Assembly: GCA_963734495.1 (NCBI GenBank)
Contig: CAVTHK010000007.1
Coordinates: 384,001 to 448,000, forward strand
DNA: 64,000 nt
DNA from: an uncultured Spirochaetota bacterium
Lineage (GTDB): Bacteria > Spirochaetota > Spirochaetia > SZUA-6 > CAVTHK01
Direction: 5' to 3'
In this document: positions 1-11,112 of the stretch, piece by piece
How positions within the stretch are numbered: the first letter of the stretch is position 1
Layout of the letters: the number at the start of each line of letters is the position of its first letter
Translations under genes and position numbers: made by a program
The notes under the pieces: model-generated
The model's input: only the letters and a program-made list of their open reading frames with translations
What the model was told of the DNA's origin: nothing
The model's database searches: none

Positions 1-3
1 CTC

Positions 4-999
4 ATGGCGCTCCTCAAGGATTCGCGGCCTCTGGACTACCGCCTGCTGGCCGTGGAGGCGATCAACCATCCCTACGTCGTGGGCAAGGACGGGCTTTCAT
101 TCACGATGGCCGCCCTCGCCTACCGCATCCTCACGGGCGAGTTCCCGTTCATGGACGAGACCGAGCAGGGGCTGCGGGACAGGCTGCGGAGGCTGCGCGT
201 CACGCCGCCCCACCTCGTAAAGCCGGAGATCCGCGAGGATGTTTCGGACTTCATCATGCGGTCGCTCTCCAAACCGGGTACAGTGGCGCTCGGCGCGTGG
301 GTGGAGGCGTTGGAGAACTGGCAGAAGGGGGGCGCCCTGAGGGCAGTCTCCGAAAGCGAGAGGGCCGCGATCGTGGCCAAGGCCCGCGAGCACAAGGAGA
401 AGGCGGCGCGCAGCTTCCGCTCCTCCGTGTTCTTCGAGCGGAACGGACGCATCATCCTCCTCGTCGTGGCCTCGCTCGCGGTCGTCGGCGCCATCGCCGG
501 CAGCATCCTGAAGAACGCGCTGGCCCCGCGGGCGACAAAAGGGTTCTCGCCGGAGAAGGTCGTGGAGACCTTCTACAAGAGCATCGGCACGCTCGACCAT
601 GCCACGATGGAGAACTGCGTGATCAACGGCGCGGGCAAGGCGGAGATCAACGAGGCGATCAACCTGTTCGTCATCTCGCGCCAGACCATCGCGTACGAAG
701 GCAAGTCCTACATCCTCGACGCCGCCGAGTGGGACGCCAAGGGGAGGCCCGCGGTCGTCACCCCCTTCTTCGTCAACGGCGTCGCGCGCCTCCAGGTCAC
801 CCGGGAGCGCGACGTGCCGGAGCCGGTCTTCGTGGCGACCTACGAGCGCTACGCGAGGGCGTTCGAGGACCAGGCGCCGGAGTCGGTTCCGCCGGTCAAC
901 GGCCGGAAGCAGACCGACCGGCTGTACCTCAAGCAGGACAAGGGCGATTGGGTGATCTACAGGATCGAGCGGGTGAGCACGGAGCCGCTCCCGAAATAG
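4..999 (+). CDS. Membrane protein with a kinase C-lobe-like N-terminal segment (possibly 5'-truncated by the window)
   Basis: LAYRILTGEFPF...PPHLVKPEI resembles Ser/Thr kinase subdomains IX-X; one TM segment (IILLVVASLAVVGAIAG); no catalytic motifs visible. Confidence 0.55.
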   Translation: MALLKDSRPLDYRLLAVEAINHPYVVGKDGLSFTMAALAYRILTGEFPFMDETEQGLRDRLRRLRVTPPHLVKPEIREDVSDFIMRSLSKPGTVALGAWVEALENWQKGGALRAVSESERAAIVAKAREHKEKAARSFRSSVFFERNGRIILLVVASLAVVGAIAGSILKNALAPRATKGFSPEKVVETFYKSIGTLDHATMENCVINGAGKAEINEAINLFVISRQTIAYEGKSYILDAAEWDAKGRPAVVTPFFVNGVARLQVTRERDVPEPVFVATYERYARAFEDQAPESVPPVNGRKQTDRLYLKQDKGDWVIYRIERVSTEPLPK

Positions 1000-1009
1000 G
1001 CGCGACGCC

Positions 1010-2038
1010 TTGAGCAGCGCCGCAACCGAACGATCGGCCGGCCAGAGGATCCTGGTCGGCTACAGGGAGCCGTGCGTCAATGCTCTCCTCCGCGGCCTCG
1101 CCTCCGACGATGCGCCCGTGAGCCGCCACTTCAATGAGAACGAGGAGTTCTTCGTCGAGCTCCCCGCGGAGTACGCCGTCCCGAGCCTGCCGATCCACCA
1201 TGACGTGCGGCTCCCGCGGCCCGAGGGGCCCTACGCCGCCTCCGTCTGCGATGTGGTCGAGCAGCTCGCGAAGGTCGGCCCCGGCCTGTTCCGGGATCTC
1301 ACGTACACCTTTGACCCCACCGACATCCTCAAGGCGCACTTCCACCGCGTGTACTCCTGCGAGGGGCGCGCCTATCTCTACCTGCTCGCGGTAGACCTGA
1401 CGTTCCGCGCGAAAGAGCACGCCCCCGTCTCCCGCGGCACGAACGACATGACGGCCGCCTATCGCAGCCGCCGGCTCTTCGTCGAGCCCCTCTTCGTCCC
1501 GGTCGCCGCGGCCGGCGGAGCCGGGGAGCCGTCGTCATTCGAGGTGCGGCAGAGCTTTTCCCAGACATGGCTGGGCGAGCGAGGCCGCGGCTACTTCGTG
1601 CAGGGCATCTGGATCGACAACGACCTCACGAAGTTCTTCAGCAAGCTCTTTCTGCCGCAGGGCGTGCGCGCGTACCCCTTTTTCCCTTTCGTCTGCCGCT
1701 ACCGCACCGTCTGCGAGACGATCATCGACCTCTCGCCCGCGGGCCGCCTGCGCCGCCTTCCCAGCCTCGACGCGGCGCTGGAGTTCATCTCGCCCGCGCT
1801 CGGCCGCATCGAGCGCGAGCTGCGCAGCGCGAGCTTCTCGGAGGACCTCGCCCTGTTCCGCGAGCTCAAGGGCGCGCTCCCCGCCGACTGGGGGTCCTTT
1901 TACCGTGGGCTCAAGCTCACGGCGCGCCTGAACGCGGCGGGCATGCGGGAGTTCGCAGTGGAGGCAAGTCGATGGTTGAAGGAAGGCCGACGCCCGACGT
2001 CACGGCAGCGGATCTCACGGGTCTGCGCGTCACGGTGA
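1010..2038 (+). CDS. Hypothetical protein
   Basis: 342 aa ORF with protein-like composition, co-oriented with its neighbours; 3' end overlaps the murD start. Confidence 0.6.
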   Translation: MSSAATERSAGQRILVGYREPCVNALLRGLASDDAPVSRHFNENEEFFVELPAEYAVPSLPIHHDVRLPRPEGPYAASVCDVVEQLAKVGPGLFRDLTYTFDPTDILKAHFHRVYSCEGRAYLYLLAVDLTFRAKEHAPVSRGTNDMTAAYRSRRLFVEPLFVPVAAAGGAGEPSSFEVRQSFSQTWLGERGRGYFVQGIWIDNDLTKFFSKLFLPQGVRAYPFFPFVCRYRTVCETIIDLSPAGRLRRLPSLDAALEFISPALGRIERELRSASFSEDLALFRELKGALPADWGSFYRGLKLTARLNAAGMREFAVEASRWLKEGRRPTSRQRISRVCASR

Positions 2039-3379
2039 TGGGGCTCGGGCTGCACGGAGGCGGCCTCGCGTCGGCGCTCTTCTTTGCCCGGCGAAAGGCC
2101 AGCGTGACCGTGACGGACCTCAAGGACGCGGCCGCGCTGCGCGCGAGCCTCGCGCCGCTCGAGGCCTTTCCCGTGCGCACCGTGCTGGGCCGTCACGACG
2201 AGGCCGATTTCGCGGCCGCCGACCTCGTGATCAAGAACCCGGGCGTGCGGCCTTCTTCACCTTATCTCAGGACTGCCAGGCACCACGGCGTACCCGTCGA
2301 GACGGACATCTCGGTGTTCCTCAGGTGCGTGCGCGGGGCGCATAACACGATCATTGCGGTCACCGGCACCAAGGGCAAGTCGACCACGGCCGCGGCCATC
2401 CATCACGTGCTGGCCGGGATCGACCCGCGCGCGCGGCTCGGCGGCAACATCACGGTGTCGCCGCTGGCCTTCGTCGAGGAGCTCGACCCGGAGGCCGCGG
2501 TCGTGCTCGAGCTGTCGTCGTGGCAGCTGGGAGACCTGCGCGGCACGGGCCTGCTCGACCCGCGACGTCTCGCTCATCACCAACCTGATGCCCGACCACA
2601 TGAACTACTACGCGGGCATGGACGAGTACGTGGCGGACAAGAAGGTCATCTTCCAGGGACAGTCGCCGGCGCACGCCGCGCTGTTCAACGGCGACGACCC
2701 GCTGCAGGCGCACTTCCCCGCGGAGACGAGAGCACGGGCGTTTGCGTTCTCGCGCGGGCGGGACCGGCTGCGCGGCGGGTGGCTCGAAGGCGGCGTCGGC
2801 CTGGCTGACTGCTGCGGCGACCGCGAGGTCGTGCTCGAGAGGACGCTGCTTCCCGGCGAGCACAGCCGCCTCAACCTGCTGGCCGCCGCGGTCGCGCTGC
2901 GCCTCGCCGGCGTCGAAGCGGCCGCCATCAGCCGGGGGCTCTCCCGTTTCGGCGGCCTCGAGCACCGGCTCGAGCTCTGCCGCGAGCGCGCCGGCGTGCG
3001 CTTCTACAACGACTCGGCCGCGACGATGCCGCAGGCCACGATCGAAGCGCTGCGGGCGCTGCCCGAACCCATCCTGCTCATCGCGGGCGGGACGGACAAG
3101 AACATCGACTTCGCGCCTCTCGTCGAGCCGGCGCGGCGGGCCGCGGCGATCTTCCTGCTCGAAGGCAGCGGCACGGAAAAGCTGCGCCGCCTTCTCGATG
3201 CGGCGGGAATCCCGCATCGGGGACCCTTCGCCGGTCTCGAGGAGGCGGTGAGCGCCGCAGCGGGGGCCGCCGGGGCGGGGGCCTCGGTCCTGTTTTCGCC
3301 CGCGTGCACGTCGTTCGGCATGTTCGACAACGAGTTCGACCGCGGCCGCCGGTTCAAGGCGCTCGTGGCCGCGCTGTGA
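1972..3379 (+). CDS. murD: UDP-N-acetylmuramoyl-L-alanine--D-glutamate ligase (frameshift near 2560)
   Basis: VMGLGLHGGG, VIKNPGV, AVTGTKGKSTT, VLELSSWQL, NLMPDHMNYY, GLEHRLE, FYNDSAAT, FSPACTSFGMFDNEFDRG; GGAGG RBS before ATG 1972. Confidence 0.92.
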
Positions 3380-3403
3380 CCCCCCGCCGTGAGCCCCGAG
3401 GGC

Positions 3404-3432
3404 TTGTCTCAGGGCTTTTTCTGCGGTAATCT
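3404..3432 (+). promoter_or_regulatory. sigma70-type promoter for tRNA-Thr
   Basis: TTGTCT-17 bp-TAATCT upstream of the tRNA. Confidence 0.5.
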
Positions 3433-3498
3433 ACGCGCCGATCCGTCGGGCGCCGTGGCGCCCGGGCGGCTCGCCAGGCGCTTTGGCCTGGGGCATAC

Positions 3499-3570
3499 GC
3501 CAGGGTAGCTCAGGGGTAGAGCAGCTCACTCGTAATGAGCAGGCCTGGGGTTCGATTCCCCATCCTGGCT
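3499..3570 (+). tRNA. tRNA-Thr(CGT), CCA not encoded
   Basis: Cloverleaf: acceptor GCCAGGG/TCCTGGC, D arm GCTC/GAGC, anticodon stem GCTCA/TGAGC with loop CTCGTAA, T arm TGGGG-TTCGATT-CCCCA. Confidence 0.95.
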
Positions 3571-3574
3571 GAAA
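3529..3574 (+). repeat. 46-bp direct repeat copy 1 (att site; tRNA 3' half)
   Basis: ctcgtaatgagcaggcctggggttcgattccccatcctggctgaaa, identical to 11113-11158. Confidence 0.95.
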
Positions 3575-3946
3575 CCAAGTCACGTCCAGCGTAAGAGGAG
3601 TGCATGGCGGGGTTCTTTGGTCCTCCATGCGCCCATCTGCCGCCATCCCCCCGCGCCGCGGCCGCCCGGCGTGTGTCGATTCCGGTGGTTCTCGTTCGAC
3701 GTTAAAGGTGAGAGGCGGGGAACAGGCCCGCGGCGCGAGAAAAACCCTTCCAGCGCACCTTGTGAAGCCGTTGCATCTCCGGGAAGACCCGACTGACCGC
3801 GTCAAGCTGGAGGCCGGACCGCGATGCAGCAGTGCCCCGCCATTCCCGCTGATGGCACGTTGGCAGCTGCGCCCACCTCGCCTCGGACCGTTCCCCGCGG
3901 CACCGCAACTCAGCTTCAGGGGATCAATTTCACCATCAATCAAGTC

Positions 3947-5336
3947 TCACGCCGGCTTTACGTTCTGGTTGACGTGGAACAGGTTGTGCGGGTCGTACTT
4001 GCCCTTGATCTGCGCCAGGCGTGCGTAGTGGCCGCCGTAGACCGTCCTGACTCGGTCCATCCCCTCGTCCATCATCATGTTGACGTATGCCCCCCCGGAA
4101 GAGTGTGGATGCACCGATTGCCGGAAGTCTTTCGCCCACTTGATATTGCGCGGGTTGTTTGCCGGGTCCGGATCGACGCCAACCATCACCTGGACAAAGT
4201 TGCCGTCGCGGTGGTTCCAGGCGGTATCGTCCTTTCCCACGCGATGGGCAGCGCCGTTGATCGGATACAGATGCATGGTCGAGTGCATGCTCGGCAGCCG
4301 TGAGGCGTAGTCGATGTCCGTGTCGATCACCTTGTCGCTCAGGTCGGTCGAGAATCTCGGAGCTCCAGTACCACTGCAACCCTGCCGGGTACACCCAATC
4401 GAACATGCTGTTCAGCGCCGGGAACGGGATCGGGCCGACATAGTCGATCGCGGGTGGGGCAATGTTCCGGATTGGCTCGAATACCTGCTTCCCTTTCTCC
4501 GGGTCCCCCGTGTAGCACCACACGGCGACCAGCATCTTCTTCAGGTGGTGCTCCTTGGGGAACATGTCGACCGGCGGCACCGTGTGGAAGCCCAGCCACG
4601 CGTTGAGGTCCTGCGGCTCGCTCAGGATGAGGTCGCGCCAGAAGCGCATGACGCGCGGGGCGTCTTCCAACTCCCAGAAGATTGGCCCGCCGTAGACCGT
4701 GCTCACCGGTCTGCCCTGGAACAGGAACGAGGTGATCACCCCGAAATTGCCGCCCCCGCCGCGCACCGCCCAGAACAGCTCGGCATTCTGGCTGGCGTCG
4801 GCGGTTACGAGGCTGCCATCTGCCAGCACCATATCGACACCCAGCAGGTTGTCGATGGTCAGCCCGTAGCGGCCAGTCAGGTAGCCCACTCCGCCGCCCA
4901 GGGTCAGCCCGCCGACGCCGGTCGTGGACAGGAAACCGGCCGGCACAGCCAGCCCGTAAGCGTGGGTGGCGTGGTCCACGTCGCCCCATGTGGCCCCGCC
5001 CTGCACACGTACCGTGCCCTTCTGCGGGTCGACGCGGATGCCGCGCATGCGTCCCAGGTCGATCACCAGGCCGTCGTCGCAGGTGCCCAGTCCCGCCCCG
5101 TTGTGACCGCCGCCGCGCACGGCGATCGCCAGGTCATTCGCGCGTCCGAAATTGACCGCCGCGACGACATCGGCCGCGTCGACGCACCTCGCAATCAGCA
5201 AGGGGCGCTTGTCGATCATGGCGTTGTACACCTTGCGCGCTTCGTCGTAGCCGGCATCCTCCCGACTGATCAGATTGCCGCGCAGCTTCTGCGCCAGTTC
5301 CCCCACGGCTTTCTCACCGAGAGCCGTCTTGCCCAT
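3947..5336 (-). CDS. FAD-binding oxidoreductase with berberine-bridge (BBE) C-terminus (frameshift near 4350)
   Basis: AVRGGGHN, GVGGLTLGGGVG, LFWAVRGGGGNFGVIT, C-terminal YVN...KGKYDPHNLFHVNQN. Confidence 0.9.
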
Positions 5337-5394
5337 ATGTCTCTCCTTCTCCGCAGCCTGCACTCCGGCAGAGCGGGTGTGTTCATCGCAGCAA

Positions 5395-5441
5395 AGAATG
5401 GGACGCTGAGCTGATGCCAGGCAATCGGTAGATATACCCAT
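5395..5441 (-). promoter_or_regulatory. Promoter of the FAD oxidoreductase with an abutting 7-4-7 inverted repeat
   Basis: Minus strand TTGCCT-18-CATTCT; ATCGGTA-GATA-TACCCAT at 5424-5441 adjoins the -35. Confidence 0.5.
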
Positions 5442-5524
5442 ATTGAGGATTTGACGGTCCGGGGATTGCTCTGGGCTGTCCTTCTGATTTCCATCCAGCC
5501 GCCTGTTGTTATCTTTGGTGCCTG

Positions 5525-8500
5525 GTGAAGGTAGAGCCTGGTTCTCTGATCAGTGATCGATACGCCGTCGAGACGGATCTCGGCGAGATCGCAGCGCCCG
5601 CGTCGCGTCGTCTCTATCGCGGCCGCGATACGGCACTCGAGCGGCCTGTGCTGCTGGTGATCGGCGTTGGCGATGCGGCCGCCTCCATGGTCGGCGAAGC
5701 GCGGGCGGCGGCGCGGCTGGCGGCTCACCCGAGCATCGCGGCGGTCTACGATACGGGTAGCCACGATGGCCAACCATACCTCGTTCTCGAGCCCATGGTG
5801 GGGGACACTCTTGGCGGCGTCGGGCAGCTCGCCGCCGAGAAGGTACGGTGCGTAGCGAAGGGGGTCTGCGCTGCCCTCGCCCACGCCCATGCCGCCGGTG
5901 TGGCTCACGGAGCCCTCGAGGCTGCGTCGGTGTGGCTGGATGCCGAGGCCGGTGCCAAGGTGGCCGGCTTCTCCCTCATCGACGCGTCGAGCGAGTCTGT
6001 GCGCAGCGACCTCCACGCCCTCGGGGCCCTCCTGTATGGCTTGCTGACAGGCGAGACAGTTCCGCGAGCCGCTGCCGGCATCGAGGCCGGGCTCAGCGGC
6101 GTGCCGGTTGACCTGGCCGCGGTCGTGGCAGACCTGCTCGCCGATCGGATCCCTGACGCCGAAGAGGCGCTGAGGCGGCTTGAGGGCGAAACGGCGGTGG
6201 CCGTCAGGGGAGACTTTGTCGGGCGGCGCGAGGAGCGCAAGCTGCTGGAGGTCGCTCTGGAGGAGGCCTGCGCGGGCACGGGCCGCGTGGTGCTTCTGGC
6301 GGGAGAGCCCGGCATCGGCAAGACCCGAGTCGCGCAGGAGCTTGCCGCTGATGCGGAACGACAGGGAGTGCGGGTGCTGTGGGGCATGTCGCTGGAAGGG
6401 GAAGCGGCGCCTCCGTACTGGCCTTGGGTCGAGGCGCTCAGGGGCTCAGACGCCGCCTCTGCTGCGGTCGTCTCCTTTCTCACCGATCCGGAGCACAGAC
6501 CCGCCGGTGTTTCGATGTTCGCCGACAGTCCTCGCTCGGTCCGCTTCGCCCAGTTCGATGCGGTCGCCTCGTTTCTCTCGGCGACTTCCAAGGAGAAGCC
6601 CCTTGTCGTGGTCCTCGACGATCTGCACAGCGCAGACGAGCCGTCGCTGCAGCTTCTCGCGTTCGTCGCCCGGCGGCTGGAGCGATCACGGGTGCTGATC
6701 CTGGGCGCCTATCGTGACACCGAGTTGCGGCGCGGCCATCCCCTCCAGGGCGTGCTCGCCGGCTTGGGTCGGGAGCAGGCCTTTCGGAGGGTCACTCTCC
6801 GCGGTCTCTCGCAAGAGGAGATCGCACGATTCATGGAGATTGTGGCCGGCGGGCCCGTGGAGGATCGGCTGCTGAAGGCCGTCTACCGTCAAACCGAGGG
6901 CAACCCCCTGTTCATGAAGGAGTTGGTGCGGCTGCTGGACCGCGAGGGCGCCTTCAGAGATCCCAGCTCCCTCGCCAGCTGGGGCCTGCAGGTTCCGGAA
7001 GGGGTGCGGGAGATGATCGGGATGCGCATGAACCGGCTTTCCGAGCCGACCAATCGTGTGCTTGCGCTCGCATCGATCATCGGGATGGTCTTCAGCCAGG
7101 AAGAGCTGAGCCGGCTGGCTGACGACGTCAAGGACCTGGACGTCTCTGCCGCCTTGGAGGAAGCCCTGCAGGAGGGGATCCTGGTCGATGCTCGGGAAGT
7201 GGGGAGCTACCAGTTCCATCACGCCCTGGTCCGCGAGGTGCTCTACGACGAGATGACGTCGATCCGCCGCTCTCGCCTTCATCTCGAAGTTCGCCCAGGA
7301 CCTGGAGCGGGCCCATGGGGACAACTTGGCCCCCTATGTCTCGCGGCTGGCCGAGCATTATCGGGCGGCGACTCAGGCGGGAGCCGCCGGCAAGGCTGTA
7401 GAGTACGCAAGACTGGCCGGCCGCAGTGCCATGGACATGCTGGCCTTCGAGGACGCGGCGCGGCACTTCGGCAACGCCCTGGAGAGCCTGCCGCTGACCG
7501 AGAAGCCGGAGCCCCGCGAGCGTCTCGAGATCCTTCAGTCGCTGGCCGAGGCGCAGATGAACGCCCACGATCCGGTCGCCGGCTCAAGGACGCTGCAACT
7601 TGTTTTCGACACCGCTTCTCGCGAGGGGATGCATGACCTCTGCGGCCGGGCGGCGTTGCTGGCTGAGAGCGCCGTATTCTGGTCCGGGCTTCCCAACCCG
7701 CGCGTCATCCAGATGCTCGAGCAGGCCCTGGCTGGCCTGGGGGACGAGGTCAGCACGCTGAGGGCACGGCTGCTCGCCTCCACGGCCCGAGCCATGCTCC
7801 AGAGCCAGCGCCTCGACGAGGCCGACAGACAGAGCCGCGAGGCGGTGGAGGTAGCCCGCGAGGCGACCGATCCCGCTACCCTGGCGTTTGCTTTGAACGT
7901 GCGCTTGATAGTCACCTGGGGGCCCAACACTTCCGACGAGCGCCTGGCCTGCGCCAGCGAAATGCTGGAGATGGTGAAGCTCACGGGTGATCGCCAACAG
8001 GCGAACAACGCCCACGGCTACTTGCTTATCATTCACCTGGAACGTGGAGAAAGGGAACAGTACTACGAGCATCTGCACGAATGCGTGCAGATCAACGCTC
8101 ACTCGGTGCAGCCGTTCATGGGCTGGGCCACCCGATTGTTTCTGACCTGCCATTCTCTCCTGGAGGGGCGTTACGACGAAGCACTGGGACGCGCGCAGAA
8201 GGCTCTCGAGCACGGTCGGCGAACCTCCATCAACTCCGTCGACGGCGGCTACAGCCTCCAGATGTTCACCATAGCCCGAGATCGAGGGCAGTTGGCCACC
8301 TTGAGCCCCGTCCTGGCGAGGTTCCTCAAGGAGTCCGGCTCACCGCCCTGGGAGCCCGGCCTCGCCCTGCTGTATGCCGAGCTCGGGATGGCAGCCGAGG
8401 CACGGGAGGCTTTCGAGCGAGTCGCTTCCACCGGATTCTCGGCGGTGCCTCGCGATCATGCATGGCCGGGCGCCATGGCTTACCTGGCCGAGGTCTGCGC

Positions 8501-9101
8501 CTTCCTCCAGGATGAGGAGCGGGCTGCTCAGATCCACGACCTGCTGCTGCCTTACGCGCACTGCGCCATCATGGCCGGCGGCGTCATCGTCTGTCTGGGC
8601 TCCGCATCACGGTTCCTCGGCCTGCTGTCCTCGGTGCGAAGAAGATGGGCCGAGGCGGAGGCCCACTTCGAGGAGGCCCTCGCCTTTAACGAGAAGCTGG
8701 GTGCGCGGCCGGCCCTGGTGAGAGCTCGGAACGACTTCGCCGCCATGCTGCTGCGGCGCCGTCGCGGCGACGACGTCAGCCGGGCTTCAGAGATGGCGGA
8801 GCGGGCGCTCAAGGACGCGCGGCAGATGGGGATGGCAACCCAGGTGACGGAGTTGGAGGCCCTCGCTCAGGCCGCCGCGGCTCACCACGGCAAGCGATCC
8901 GACTACCCCGACGGGCTCACCGCTCGCGAGCTGGAGGTGCTGCGGCTGATCGCCGAAGGGGCCACAAACCACGACATCGCCACGGAACTCTACATCAGCG
9001 AGAAGACGGTGCACAATCACGTGAGCAACCTTCTGGCCAAGACCGGCTGCGCCAACAGGACAGAGGCCGCCTCCTACGCGCTCAGAAAGCACTTGGCGTG
9101 A
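5525..9101 (+). CDS. Large regulator: degenerate Ser/Thr kinase domain + AAA/STAND ATPase + helical repeats + LuxR HTH (frameshift near 7290)
   Basis: [11 protein letters not shown]...YLVLE; FVGR...[11 protein letters not shown] (Walker A); [12 protein letters not shown] (Walker B); TEGNPLF; C-terminal [42 protein letters not shown]. Confidence 0.88.
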
Positions 9102-9107
9102 GAGACT

Positions 9108-9416
9108 TCAGCCGATCGTGGTGGGCGCATGGCCGCTGCGTCGCTCCACTTCTTCGCGACTCAAGTAGGCTGCCGGGTTGAACTCGGAGACCTCCATGAT
9201 AACATCGGCCGGGATGTGGAGCCGGCTCGCCGCTTCGCGTATGGCCTCGGTGCTCGGGGCTTCGTAAAGGCAATACGTCTTTCGCTTGTCAGCGCTGAGG
9301 AACGAAAAGAGCCAGTGAACGCCGATGTCCTTGTTGACGTCGAGCGTTCTACCAACGCTTTCCGGGTCCGCTTGCAGCTTTTCCGCAAAGTTACGCTCGA
9401 TCAGGAACAGCGGCAT
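9108..9416 (-). CDS. DUF4242 / SCO4226-like (putative nickel-binding) protein
   Basis: MPLFLIER...VHWLFSFLSADKRKTYCLYEAPSTEAIREAA...PADVIMEV matches the family pattern. Confidence 0.8.
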   Translation of the reverse strand: MPLFLIERNFAEKLQADPESVGRTLDVNKDIGVHWLFSFLSADKRKTYCLYEAPSTEAIREAASRLHIPADVIMEVSEFNPAAYLSREEVERRSGHAPTTIG

Positions 9417-9444
9417 ACGCGCGCCTCCCACACCGCAACCAAAC

Positions 9445-9672
9445 TTAGTCGCAGTGCTCTGTGGAGTCAACAGCGCCGTTCTCCAGGAACCCCGCGCGCC
9501 TGAGCCACGCGTGCTCGAAATCCTCCAAGTGGGCTTCTCTGCACCCGATAGCCATACGCTGCGGGTCGTCCCACCGCTTCAGCGCCCGCCGCCGGGCGTC
9601 CTTCCAGAGCCTGTGGATCTCGCGCATGCACGCACCGAGACCGCTTACCGCAATCCTTAGGACAGTGTCCAT
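9445..9672 (-). CDS. Small hypothetical protein (~75 aa)
   Basis: MDTVLRIAV... preceded by GAGGGGG RBS; lies between two co-oriented genes. Confidence 0.35.
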   Translation of the reverse strand: MDTVLRIAVSGLGACMREIHRLWKDARRRALKRWDDPQRMAIGCREAHLEDFEHAWLRRAGFLENGAVDSTEHCD

Positions 9673-9691
9673 ATCCCCCCCCTCGCGGCAT

Positions 9692-10114
9692 CTATGGCGC
9701 ACAGACCGTGACGATCTCGGCATCGATGTAGCCGACGCCGTGGAATCGGGCCACTGACACTCGATGGTTACCGTTGCGTACGCAGTGGCTCCCGTCCACC
9801 TCGAGGACCGGGACGGCGGGCAGGGCGACGCCTCTTCGGAAGGCCTCGTTGACCCTCGTCCAGCGGCGGATCAGGAATTGTCGCCAGGGCAGGAAGCTGC
9901 TGCTGAAGTCACGGGCGCGCTACTCAGTTCCGATGATCCTGCCGAGCTCGATCGAACACAGACCGACGTAGGTCTCGATGCGCGGCGACATGCGCATGAG
10001 CACTTCCGCAAGAGACTGCACCCGATCTCGCCTCCAAGTGAGGAAAGCCAACAACCTCCCGAATGACGCCCCGTTCCGGGCTTGTTCGAAGTCATGCAGA
10101 TCCACCTGACTCAT
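9692..10114 (-). pseudogene. ParB/Srx-like domain protein interrupted by an in-frame TAG (9920-9922)
   Basis: Same-frame translation IELGRIIGTE*RARDFSSSFLP...RWTRV...LPAVPV...VRNGNHRVSVARFHGVGYIDAEI; GGAGG RBS. Confidence 0.7.
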
Positions 10115-11112
10115 GGTTCACCTCCGCAACGTTGTTCGCCCTGAATGTTGAGGGAGGTCAGCGCGCGAATGTATCGGGAGGTGTGAGTGTTCTGCACTGA
10201 TGCTCTTTGAGTGCGGTGCTGGTAAGATCTGCCCACAGAACGGGCGCCTCCGGCCCCCTTCCCTACGCGTCGCAGAAGACTCCCGGATCTCCGGATTGGT
10301 TTCCCGGCAGTCTCGGCCCGCCGGCCTGGGTATTGGCACCCATGGCGGGATTCCCTTCCTGCGCCGGGTCGATTGTCGGCCAGTGCGTGTCCCGGCTCAT
10401 CAGGTGCAGGAGCTGCTGAGGGTCGTGGCCGCCGGGCTGGTAGCGGCGAGGCGTCTTCGAGGGGACAGCGCGACAGAAGCGCTCGGCACACAAAGACAAT
10501 GAGGCCGCGATGTTTGGGCTTCCGGGTCTTCTCCTCACCCTCACCCCCTCTGGCCCAGACGAGCGTGCCAACAAGGAGGTTGGCGCGGGTTTGGCTGCGG
10601 TCGGCCCCTGCCGATTTGCAGCGGATTTCAACTTCGGCTCGTTGCGGGGTGCCCCGAGCGCTCTACCGGCAGGCCGACAGCTTCCTTCGGTGAGAGCGCA
10701 ACGGACGCGGCCAGAGCCAGGAAGCCCGTCACACCTTCGTCGGCCATCAGGCCGCCAAACATCGCAGCTTCGCAGAGCGCGACACTGCTCTTGATGACTT
10801 CTTGCATGCAGTCGAGCGACTGATGCCCGGTCCGCGCGGGTCACGACGCATGATGATCCGCGGGCGAAGAGTGGGAGAAGCACGCCTCGCCGGGGCAGCT
10901 CCCCGATTGAGCCTACTGGCACCGCCGCTCCCGGAGACCAGTAGTGTCTGCAAGCCAGAACGAGACTGGCACCTCGGTCACCACACTGTGAGCGTCTTCC
11001 CGTTGCACATAGTTGATGAAACGCTCATCAACGCATATCCTCCATATCCGAGAGCGGAGCCGCCGACCAGCGAAAACGGCCAGAATGGCGCGTATATCCT
11101 GGCGCCGACCGG

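Noticed and set aside
2540..2580. Programmed frameshifting in murD and other genes
   Set aside because: No shared slippery motif, and the breaks are scattered over unrelated genes
3575..3946. ORFs or ncRNA directly downstream of the tRNA
   Set aside because: No recognisable motif; only a short GCATGG/CCATGC hairpin
10530..10552. CCCTCACCCCCTCT resembling a REP half-site
   Set aside because: Single degenerate copy with no inverted partner
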